Positions 1-7,525 of a DNA stretch of 64,000 bases are shown piece after piece (positions within the stretch are counted from its first letter, which is position 1; each line of letters starts with the position of its first letter). The stretch spans positions 74,785-138,784 of the forward strand of contig JAHEYQ010000001.1 in assembly GCA_023251515.1 (NCBI GenBank), in the 5' to 3' direction. This stretch comes from Bacteroidales bacterium. Its GTDB lineage: Bacteria > Bacteroidota > Bacteroidia > Bacteroidales > JACABE01. The translations under genes and the position numbers were made by a program. The notes beneath the pieces were generated by a model that made no database searches, was not told where the DNA came from, and worked only from the letters and a program-made list of their open reading frames with translations.

Positions 1-416
1 AGAAAAGAGAACTTGCTGAAGAATTATATATTACAGGCAGGATGAATTCAAAAGAAATTGCAATTCATCTTAGTGTGTCAGAACAAACATTGGTAAAATG
101 GAAGAAAGGGAAAAAGGATGAAAAGTCTTGGGATGATAGGAAAAGAGAATTAAACCTAACACCGTTTAAACTTAAAGAACTTTTACTGGATGAAGCCAAT
201 AAAATAGCTTCAGGTAAAACTTCATCTATAAATGCCAATCAATTATCAAAAATAATGTCTGCTGTTGATAAACTTGATAAAAAAGTATCAACACGTGTAA
301 TTATTGATGTATGTAAAGAAATTGATAATTACGTTTCTAAACATGACCCTAAATTAGCTGTGACTTTCACTGAATGGCATAAAAAATTCATTATTCACAG
401 ATCAATAGCTGATTAA
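1..416 (+). CDS. Small terminase-like HTH protein (Mu gp27/DUF1804-like), 5' end outside window
   Basis: The frame is open from nt 3 (KRELAEELYITGR precedes the first in-window ATG at 42). It has an HTH-like stretch SKEIAIHLSVSEQTLVKWKK followed by SWDDRKRE, and ends 1 nt before the large terminase. Confidence 0.5.
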   Translation, partial: KRELAEELYITGRMNSKEIAIHLSVSEQTLVKWKKGKKDEKSWDDRKRELNLTPFKLKELLLDEANKIASGKTSSINANQLSKIMSAVDKLDKKVSTRVIIDVCKEIDNYVSKHDPKLAVTFTEWHKKFIIHRSIAD

Positions 417-417
417 T

Positions 418-1986
418 ATGTCAAATCTAAGTTATGATAAAATGATTCGTGATTATGAAAAACATTGCCTATATATAGCCAATGTTGCTAATTGCGAAAT
501 TCATGAGAGTGTTGAAGAAAAAGACAAGCGTATAAAAGAAACAGAAAAAGACTACGGAAAGTGGTTTTCTTATTATTTTACACAATATGCTAAAGTTACT
601 TGTGCATGGTTTCATATTGCTTTTGCAAAGCTGATTATTAAATACAAAGTAATATTTATTTTACTCGAATGGTATAGATCAGCAGCTAAATCAGTTCATG
701 CTGATATGGGAGTGCCTTTATTTTTGTATTTAGCTAAAAATGAAATGAATTTCATGCTATTATTGGGTGAAACTGATATTAAAGCTAAAAAACTACTATC
801 AGGAATTCAAGCTCAATTGCAGTACAATAAAAGACTTATAAATGATTACGGTTCAAAATTTCAAAATGGTGACTGGGCTAATGGAGATTTTACAACAGTT
901 GATGGAGTAAAATTTATGGCGATAGGTTTCGGAGTTTCTCCCCGTGGAGCTCGTGAAGGTGCAAATCGTCCTGATTATATAGTTGTAGATGATGTGGATA
1001 CTAAAAAACATGTTAATAACGATCGTTTAATGCGTGAAGCAGTTGAATACATAAATGAAGATGTATTTGGTTGTTTCGATTCAAATGATAATGCGACTAT
1101 GAGATTTGTATTTGCTAACAATAATTTTCATAAAAATAGTATCACTAACCGACTAAAAACGCTGTACACTACATTTATCAAAAAAGCCAAAGAAGAAAAG
1201 AAAACAACTCCTTATCATATTTTAACTGTAAACGCTGTAAAGGATTTAACTTCTTTTGAACCAAACTGGAAAGAAAAAACATCTGCTGATTATTGGAAAA
1301 ATAAATATAAAAATACACCACTTCATTCATTCATGCGTGAATTTATGAATAAACACGTCGAAGTTGGTAAAATATTCAAACCTGAATGGGTAACATATAA
1401 ACAGGCATTGCCTTACGATCAATACAAGATTTTATTAGGTCATGCCGATTTAAGTTATACATCAACAGGAAATTCAAAATCTCAGGTTTTATTAGGAGCT
1501 ACAGATTATGAAATTCATTTACTGGAAGTATTTTGCCGTACAAGTAATATGACAGAGGCAATGGATTTCTATTTTAACTTAGTAAAAAAACTCAATAAAC
1601 AAAAACTATCAGCTTTATTTTTCTACGATGCTACAGCTGCTCAGGGAGAAATTTACGATGGTATATATCAAATAGAAGCTGCAAGACACAAATGTTATTC
1701 ATTCCCAATGCCAGAACATCAAACGGCAAATAAAGAAATGAAAATTGAAGCTGTTTTAACAGGTTTATTTTTTAATAGAAGATTGATAATTGCTGAACAT
1801 TTAAAAGGAACACCAGACCTTGAAAATGGATTAAATCAGCTTTTTGGTTTTGAAAAAGGCAGTGGTTTGGATGATGATTTTCCTGACAATTTAGCATCAG
1901 CATGCAATTTAATACAAACAAATATATTTCCTGAAGAGGCAAATTACACTCCAATTATTGGAAAACATAAACGAAAAGGTTACTAA
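418..1986 (+). CDS. Phage terminase large subunit
   Basis: 522 aa. It has the block SPRGAREGANRPDYIVVDDVD (Walker-B-like, typical of terminase ATPase domains) and a C-terminal nuclease-sized half. It lies between the small terminase and the portal. Confidence 0.8.
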   Translation: MSNLSYDKMIRDYEKHCLYIANVANCEIHESVEEKDKRIKETEKDYGKWFSYYFTQYAKVTCAWFHIAFAKLIIKYKVIFILLEWYRSAAKSVHADMGVPLFLYLAKNEMNFMLLLGETDIKAKKLLSGIQAQLQYNKRLINDYGSKFQNGDWANGDFTTVDGVKFMAIGFGVSPRGAREGANRPDYIVVDDVDTKKHVNNDRLMREAVEYINEDVFGCFDSNDNATMRFVFANNNFHKNSITNRLKTLYTTFIKKAKEEKKTTPYHILTVNAVKDLTSFEPNWKEKTSADYWKNKYKNTPLHSFMREFMNKHVEVGKIFKPEWVTYKQALPYDQYKILLGHADLSYTSTGNSKSQVLLGATDYEIHLLEVFCRTSNMTEAMDFYFNLVKKLNKQKLSALFFYDATAAQGEIYDGIYQIEAARHKCYSFPMPEHQTANKEMKIEAVLTGLFFNRRLIIAEHLKGTPDLENGLNQLFGFEKGSGLDDDFPDNLASACNLIQTNIFPEEANYTPIIGKHKRKGY

Positions 1987-2333
1987 TGAAAAAACAAGAA
2001 ACAACTACAAAAAAAGAAGCAAAGCCTTCTAAAATTTTAAAAGCTATTATTATAATTTATATAGCTTACAAAAAAACAATGTCCATTATTGGAAATTCAC
2101 TTCCCGGACGATTCTTAAAACGAATTTATAATATCATAGCTATTCAGTTTTGTAAATGGGAAGCTAAAAGCTTGCACAATCTTACCGGACAGCAGTATTA
2201 TGTTATTAAAGCTTTCGGAAAAATAAGAGTTACATCTACAAAACAAATTAACTACAATCGCCGGAAAAGAGTGCTTAGTAAATCATTGGATTTTTACAAA
2301 TTACAGGAAATAGCCATTTATAAAACAAAATAA
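1986..2333 (+). CDS. Hypothetical phage protein, very basic
   Basis: 115 aa, K/R-rich with one hydrophobic stretch. Its start overlaps the terminase stop (TAATG). No family recognised. Confidence 0.4.
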   Translation: MKKQETTTKKEAKPSKILKAIIIIYIAYKKTMSIIGNSLPGRFLKRIYNIIAIQFCKWEAKSLHNLTGQQYYVIKAFGKIRVTSTKQINYNRRKRVLSKSLDFYKLQEIAIYKTK

Positions 2334-2334
2334 T

Positions 2335-2751
2335 ATGTTTCTAACTTCAGACGAACTCATAAGCATTGTTGACCCTAACCTGGTTAGCAAACTTACAGCC
2401 GACAACAGCTCTATTGTTAATACTATCATTACCGAAAGCATTGAAACAATGAGGAGTTATCTATCAAAATATTACGATGCTGATGCAATATTCGATAAAG
2501 AAGATACAGCACGCAATATCAATGTGCTTAAAAAGCTAAAGGATATTGTTGTTTATGAAATATATACTCGTAATCCACGTGCTATGAATGCAGTGGCCGA
2601 AAAGAAGTATAACGAAGCAATAAACTGGCTCGAAAAACTTAACGAAGGCAAATTTTCGGACAAAACCTTACCTGTTCCTGCTCCCGAAGTTCCTTCAGTA
2701 CAAACCTCAATTCGTACAGGTAGTAATTACAAATATCAATCTAATTTTTAA
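2335..2751 (+). CDS. DUF1320 / Mu gp36-like head-completion protein (tentative)
   Basis: 138 aa. The N-terminal pattern MFLTSDELISIVDPNLVSKLT...ESIETMRSYLSKYY resembles DUF1320-type proteins of Mu-like phages. It is tightly packed between terminase and portal. Confidence 0.45.
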   Translation: MFLTSDELISIVDPNLVSKLTADNSSIVNTIITESIETMRSYLSKYYDADAIFDKEDTARNINVLKKLKDIVVYEIYTRNPRAMNAVAEKKYNEAINWLEKLNEGKFSDKTLPVPAPEVPSVQTSIRTGSNYKYQSNF

Positions 2752-2755
2752 TATC

Positions 2756-4000
2756 ATGAAATTTAATTTTAGTTTTTCATCAGGCAAAAACAAAAAAGAA
2801 TTGGCTTTAAAACAGCCACCTATAAAAGATACTTCAGAAGATAGCCAGGTTAACAAAGTTATGGTTGATTATTTCAAAACCTATCAGTCGCTTTATCGCC
2901 GTGAGATTGAAGACTGGACTAATGCCCGTATGGCTCGTCATGCTATTGCCAATCCTACTACTTTGCAGCTTCAGCAATTATATAAAGATAGTCTTATCGA
3001 TTTGTTTTTAAAACGTCAAATGGCCAACAGAATTCTAAGAATCTCTAACAGAACTATAGTTTTAAAAGACAAATCAAAAAAAATTGATGTTGATAGAAGC
3101 GTACCATTACAGGAAAAACCTATACGCACAATGATTAAAAGAGGTATGGAAAGCAAGTTTTTTGGTTATTCTATGCTTTTCGTACAGCAATGGAAACCAG
3201 GTAAAATTATAAAACTAAAAGAAATACCACGTGAAAACATTATCCCTGAATTAAGCCTTTTATTAAAAAATGCACTTGACGTAAATTCAGGTATTAACTT
3301 TCGTGAATATCCTGATTATTTTATATTTTCATCACTTGGTGACGATTATTATGGAGAACTTGAAAGCATAGCACCTTTAACAATTTTAAAGAGACACTCA
3401 TGGGCAAGCTGGGACGAATTTGAACAGATATTCGGTATTCCTTTGCGTATAGCCAAAACTATGATTGATACCGAAAAGCACCGCAACGACCTTGAATTCT
3501 GGTTACAGAATATGGGTTCAGCTGCTTATGGTATTTTGCCAAAAACTGTTGATTTAGAAGTTGTACCTTCGCAACAGACTGATAGTTTTAATGTTTTTAA
3601 TGAAAAGCGTAAAGCAGTTAATGAAGAAATTGCTATCGGATTAAACGGGCAAACAATGACAACCCTGCAAGGTTCTTCCAAAAGTCAGGCAGAAGTGCAC
3701 GGCAAAACACAGGACGAAATTACTGCAGACGACCTTCAGGACGTTTTAGATTATCTTAACGGAGATGTAATTAATATACTTAGAAATTTTGGCTATGATA
3801 TACCTGAAGGGCATTATCTTGACCTGATGCAACGTACTAATATACCAATTGAAGAAAAAGCCAAAATAGATCAGATTTTGCTTCAGGCTGGTTATCGTTT
3901 AGATCAGGAATATATTGAGGAAACATACAATGTTGTACTCGACAAAGAAACTCCGGTTATAATTCCCGGGCAAAGCCAGCAGCTTAGTTTTTTCGTATAA
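2756..4000 (+). CDS. Phage portal protein (Mu gp29 / DUF935-like)
   Basis: 414 aa, located between the large terminase and the MuF-like gene as in Mu-like late operons. Contains an FGYSMLFVQQW-type core. The call rests mainly on synteny and size. Confidence 0.65.
   Translation: MKFNFSFSSGKNKKELALKQPPIKDTSEDSQVNKVMVDYFKTYQSLYRREIEDWTNARMARHAIANPTTLQLQQLYKDSLIDLFLKRQMANRILRISNRTIVLKDKSKKIDVDRSVPLQEKPIRTMIKRGMESKFFGYSMLFVQQWKPGKIIKLKEIPRENIIPELSLLLKNALDVNSGINFREYPDYFIFSSLGDDYYGELESIAPLTILKRHSWASWDEFEQIFGIPLRIAKTMIDTEKHRNDLEFWLQNMGSAAYGILPKTVDLEVVPSQQTDSFNVFNEKRKAVNEEIAIGLNGQTMTTLQGSSKSQAEVHGKTQDEITADDLQDVLDYLNGDVINILRNFGYDIPEGHYLDLMQRTNIPIEEKAKIDQILLQAGYRLDQEYIEETYNVVLDKETPVIIPGQSQQLSFFV
3988..3994 (+). 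promoter_or_regulatory. Candidate -1 ribosomal slippery heptamer T_TTT_TTC at the end of the portal gene
   Basis: The zero frame reads agT TTT TTC gta taa. The -1 frame has TAG at 3985-3987 and is then open from 3988 through 4116 into the MuF ORF. Confidence 0.3.
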
Positions 4001-4116
4001 GTCCTCAAGCGGATTTAATCAGACAGCTTTCGTTTGATAAAACCGACATTGAGGACGAAATTTTCAATCTTTATTTTGGCAATCATCCCGAAGACTGCAA
4101 CTGCAATCTTCACCAG

Positions 4117-5196
4117 TTGACTGTATTTACTTTAGCTGCCGAAAACAGAACTACGGTAATAAACCTGGCAATTTCAGATATCCGAAAACAAGGTTCTGAA
4201 GCTATAAACAAAGATTTATTTAATGTTTATGTCAATAACTATTTTAAAGGAATTAGCAGTGTTTTTAACGATATTGATAGCAATAGCCCACTCTGGGAAA
4301 AAGTACAGCAATATAAGCTAAATGCAGCCAATTTTGCAGCCCATAAAAGCTATATGGTTACCGATAAAATCAGAGCTGCCAAAGACGATGCTGAAATTAA
4401 AAGCATAGTTAATAAATTCAACAGATACCAATCTGCCGAATACAATACCATAGTTGCACGTTCACGTACTGCCAAACAATGGGATACATTTGAATCTGAA
4501 AAACATCTGTTTCCAAACCTGGAATGGATAAGAACCCGTTCGGCTAATCCACGTGAGCTTCATCTGGGCTATGTAGGTATAATTTTACCAATGAACGATG
4601 CGTTCTGGCAGCAGAACCAACCTGGCAATCTGTGGAACTGCAAATGCGACTGGAAAACTACCGATGCACAAACCACAGCAAAACCAACCAAAATAACACC
4701 AGCTGCCACAGGCTTGGATGGTAATCCGTACGAAACCGGAAAGCTTATTACCGAAAAGCATCCGTATTTTAAAGTGAGTGCAGATGAAAAGACTATAATA
4801 GACAAATTTTTAGTAAAGCAAATACGTGATGATGCTGTAAAATATGCCTGTGATAATTTAAGAGATAAAAAAATACCTAATGTTATAGGTACTGGAAGAA
4901 CTAAAATAAGAAATATTAATATTGAATTTTCAAGAAAAGGAATTGAGCATTTCGCTCACGATTTTCACGAAAATTTAAATTACAAAAATTTACTAATAAA
5001 GAACCTTGATGAACTGGTATTGAAATCTGAATATGTAGCTTCAGCTCCTAACTTAGATATTAATAATACTATTGTTAAACAATATCATTATTACAAAATA
5101 AACATATTAGGTAAAATTTATTACTTAAATGTAAGAGAATTGTGTGATGGTAAATTTATATTGTATTCTATAAAACAAAATATAAAAAGCATTTAA
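4117..5196 (+). CDS. Head morphogenesis protein, MuF / SPP1 gp7 family (start uncertain; TTG at 4117 or upstream by frameshift)
   Basis: 359 aa. Contains RTRSANPRELHLGYVGIILPMNDAFWQQNQPGNLWNCKCDW, which matches the conserved Phage_Mu_F core (R..H..l.G......d.fW...pP...nCrC). It follows the portal. Confidence 0.75.
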   Translation: MTVFTLAAENRTTVINLAISDIRKQGSEAINKDLFNVYVNNYFKGISSVFNDIDSNSPLWEKVQQYKLNAANFAAHKSYMVTDKIRAAKDDAEIKSIVNKFNRYQSAEYNTIVARSRTAKQWDTFESEKHLFPNLEWIRTRSANPRELHLGYVGIILPMNDAFWQQNQPGNLWNCKCDWKTTDAQTTAKPTKITPAATGLDGNPYETGKLITEKHPYFKVSADEKTIIDKFLVKQIRDDAVKYACDNLRDKKIPNVIGTGRTKIRNINIEFSRKGIEHFAHDFHENLNYKNLLIKNLDELVLKSEYVASAPNLDINNTIVKQYHYYKINILGKIYYLNVRELCDGKFILYSIKQNIKSI

Positions 5197-5303
5197 TCCA
5201 TCGCACAATCCTAAAAAGGGAAAGGTTGAAATTAAATGCTTTTTACACTGCAAATATACAACATTTAAATCCAATTTAAACAGTTTTTAAAAATATTTTT
5301 CGC

Positions 5304-5744
5304 ATGGACAAATTTGTTAAAGATATAACCGACAAACAAAAACAACTACAATTGTTTATTAATAACGATTTACCTATTATCATAGGCAAAAAGGGAGTTG
5401 ATTTATTTCGTCAGAATTTTGAGAACGAAGGATTTTTTCTCGAAAAATGGAAAGAAGTAAAACGAAGGTTAGACCCACGTGTAAGAGGAGCACGTAGCAG
5501 CCGTAAAATATTAACCGGAAATACCGGAGACCTGGGACGTAGTTTGCGTTACATACCTGAAGAAGCTCGTGTATTATTTTATTCTGATTTGCCTTATGCA
5601 GAAGCCCACAACGAAGGAACTACCACCGCCGGACGTGGACGAAGCACAACCATACCCAAACGACAGTTTATTGGCGACAGCAAAGAACTGGATAATCTTA
5701 TTGAACAGGAAATGGATAAGTTTATGAATAACTTATTTAAATAA
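5304..5744 (+). CDS. Virion morphogenesis protein (Mu gpG-like)
   Basis: 146 aa. Contains LTGNTGDLGRSLRY...SDLPYAEAHNEGT...IPKRQFIG, which matches the gpG/Phage_tail_S pattern (sG.L..S....pYA..H..G.....iP.R.flg). Confidence 0.65.
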   Translation: MDKFVKDITDKQKQLQLFINNDLPIIIGKKGVDLFRQNFENEGFFLEKWKEVKRRLDPRVRGARSSRKILTGNTGDLGRSLRYIPEEARVLFYSDLPYAEAHNEGTTTAGRGRSTTIPKRQFIGDSKELDNLIEQEMDKFMNNLFK

Positions 5745-5746
5745 TG

Positions 5747-6445
5747 TTATTCAAATTTACTATTAATTATATTACCATCCATGTTAATATCACAATAAAG
5801 CATTTGTAAAATATAAGCCCCAAAAGCATTTTTAGCACGAAAAGTTGTTTTAACCTTAAAAGTATTATCTTCATTCATTCCTATAAAAAAAGATTTTTCA
5901 ATTTTCAAACTTGATGGGTCGTTCAAATTTTCTTTCAAATAATCATACACTGGTTGATAAGTGCCTCTAAGTTCATTATAAAATTTACTTTTAAATTCTT
6001 CGCTTAACCTTCCTATTTTTCTGCTATTATAAATCAATGGCTTTATATAATCATTATTTTCAAAAGAATATCCTTTTTTATATTCATAAATACTAATACC
6101 ATCTATATTATATAAGCTATCAATATGAAAAGTTTCATTATAATAATCCAAATACATCGCGTACAATTTACTCTTTATTGAATTATTTTTATTACTTATT
6201 GCGATATGCAATGTACTATCTTTTTGATTATAGTAAACATCCTTAACCTGCTCAAAAGTATCATTTTTAATCTGAACTATTAAGCTATCAATATTTCTGT
6301 ATTTTACTTCATTATTTGAACTTTTTGGTACAATTATTACAAAAATAATTACAATAATAAAAGCTGGCAATAGAAAATACTTTAAAATTTTTTTACTTAA
6401 CTTTTTTTGCTTTTCTAATTGTTCTGCTGTTAATTCTTTCTTCAT
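5747..6445 (-). CDS. Membrane-anchored hypothetical protein (independent moron)
   Basis: 232 aa. It has a charged N-terminus, then one TM helix (FLLPAFIIVIIFVIIV), then a soluble domain. Its own TATATTTG -7 box lies about 25 nt upstream. Confidence 0.5.
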   Translation of the reverse strand: MKKELTAEQLEKQKKLSKKILKYFLLPAFIIVIIFVIIVPKSSNNEVKYRNIDSLIVQIKNDTFEQVKDVYYNQKDSTLHIAISNKNNSIKSKLYAMYLDYYNETFHIDSLYNIDGISIYEYKKGYSFENNDYIKPLIYNSRKIGRLSEEFKSKFYNELRGTYQPVYDYLKENLNDPSSLKIEKSFFIGMNEDNTFKVKTTFRAKNAFGAYILQMLYCDINMDGNIINSKFE

Positions 6446-6470
6446 AACTTTTTGATTTTTAAATTAGGCT

Positions 6471-6478
6471 ACAAATAT
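6471..6478 (-). promoter_or_regulatory. Bacteroidetes-type -7 promoter box TATATTTG (TAnnTTTG) for the 232-aa gene
   Basis: The forward strand reads caaatata, placed just after the upstream terminator and about 25 nt before the ATG at 6445. Confidence 0.4.
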
Positions 6479-6480
6479 AT

Positions 6481-6509
6481 AAAAAAAAGGAGCATTACGC
6501 TCCTTTTTT
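6481..6509 (-). terminator. Hairpin terminator AAAAAAAAGGAGCATTACGCTCCTTTTTT (copy 1 of 2)
   Basis: GGAGC/GCTCC stem extended by flanking A- and T-runs. It overlaps the last codons of the 114-aa gene. A 28-nt stretch is identical to 7295-7323. Confidence 0.6.
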
Positions 6510-6839
6510 GTATTTATCAATCCATTTTTCAACATAAATTCTCAGCTCTGAAACTGCTATTGAATGTTTATTAGGTATTCTATTACTATTTATTGTTCGT
6601 TTAGTTCCACAAAGCATTTCAGAAACAGAAGAGTAATTTATAAAACTATCAATCAAATTTTGTTTTTCTGAATACAACACTACATTAAACAGGTCAACTT
6701 CAAACTCATCTGTAATTATAAAACTTTTTGATTTGATCTTATGCGTACAAAATACATTATTACTATCATCTAAAGAGAGTTTGTAATCTCCAACTTTCTT
6801 ATTCTGTTTTGCTAATTCGATTATTTTATTATACTTCAT
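6495..6839 (-). CDS. Hypothetical protein with possible C-terminal HTH (second gene of moron cassette)
   Basis: 114 aa, starting 5 nt downstream of the 102-aa gene. The stretch SVSEMLCGTKRTINSNRI is HTH-like by eye only. Confidence 0.45.
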   Translation of the reverse strand: MKYNKIIELAKQNKKVGDYKLSLDDSNNVFCTHKIKSKSFIITDEFEVDLFNVVLYSEKQNLIDSFINYSSVSEMLCGTKRTINSNRIPNKHSIAVSELRIYVEKWIDKYKKGA

Positions 6840-6844
6840 CTTAT

Positions 6845-7153
6845 TTATGATTTTTTGATTTCCATATTAATAAAAGCATCTACACAATCTTGTCTGTCAA
6901 GTTTAATGTAATAACACCAAGCATTTTGACAAGTCAATGAATCTTCAGCCCAAACAGCAAACACTTCTTTTTTACTATTATACATTATATCCATCCACTG
7001 ATTACCATCCCATGAATTTAATTCTGCATCCCATATTTCTTCAAAAATATCAAATGCAGAATCTTGAAATTGACCTGCATAATCTCCACAATAATCTAAA
7101 ATTCCTATTAGATTTTGTAATGTTCCTGTTGTTGTTTCTGTTAAATTTTCCAT
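6845..7153 (-). CDS. Small, strongly acidic, Trp-rich hypothetical protein (first gene of moron cassette)
   Basis: 102 aa. I count 19 D/E against 6 K/R, plus 5 Trp. No signal peptide. It sits directly behind a promoter that overlaps a palindrome. Confidence 0.45.
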   Translation of the reverse strand: MENLTETTTGTLQNLIGILDYCGDYAGQFQDSAFDIFEEIWDAELNSWDGNQWMDIMYNSKKEVFAVWAEDSLTCQNAWCYYIKLDRQDCVDAFINMEIKKS

Positions 7154-7196
7154 GTTTTCTATTTTTTTAATTTTTTGTTTGTTTTAAATTATAAAA

Positions 7197-7204
7197 CAAA
7201 GATA
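7197..7204 (-). promoter_or_regulatory. -7 promoter box TATCTTTG for the two-gene cassette
   Basis: The forward strand reads caaagata, 44 nt upstream of the ATG at 7153. The box lies inside the 24-bp palindrome. Confidence 0.4.
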
Positions 7205-7222
7205 CGCAATATTGCGTATCTT
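7199..7222. promoter_or_regulatory. Perfect 24-bp palindrome AAGATACGCAATATTGCGTATCTT (operator candidate)
   Basis: Checked base by base as a perfect inverted repeat. It is intergenic and overlaps the -7 box. Confidence 0.55.
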
Positions 7223-7294
7223 GTCAAGTGTTTTTTAATACATTAACTTTTATTTAACTTATGCATTTTATAAGTAATTCTATTTCATATAAAT

Positions 7295-7323
7295 AAAAAA
7301 AGGAGCATTACGCTCCTTTTTTT
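7295..7323 (-). terminator. Hairpin terminator AAAAAAAGGAGCATTACGCTCCTTTTTTT (copy 2 of 2)
   Basis: Same hairpin as 6481-6509, immediately downstream of the 67-aa gene stop (7322). Confidence 0.6.
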
Positions 7324-7525
7324 ATAAAATTATTACACTCTGATTACTGTCGGGTAGCATTGCTCCTAATAGCGTAGTGGCATAATACAACGATTCGTGG
7401 TTCATCATTGCTTTGTCCTGGGCTGCTATTACCCTGCTTAGCGACCTAACATAATTCATATACTCTTCCTGATCGCCATCAAATACGACTACAAATTTGG
7501 TTTTTTTCTTATTAAATTTTACCAT
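7322..7525 (-). CDS. Hypothetical protein
   Basis: 67 aa. It is the last ORF of the long - strand operon, overlaps the upstream ORF by 14 nt, and is followed by a terminator. Confidence 0.4.
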   Translation of the reverse strand: MVKFNKKKTKFVVVFDGDQEEYMNYVRSLSRVIAAQDKAMMNHESLYYATTLLGAMLPDSNQSVIIL

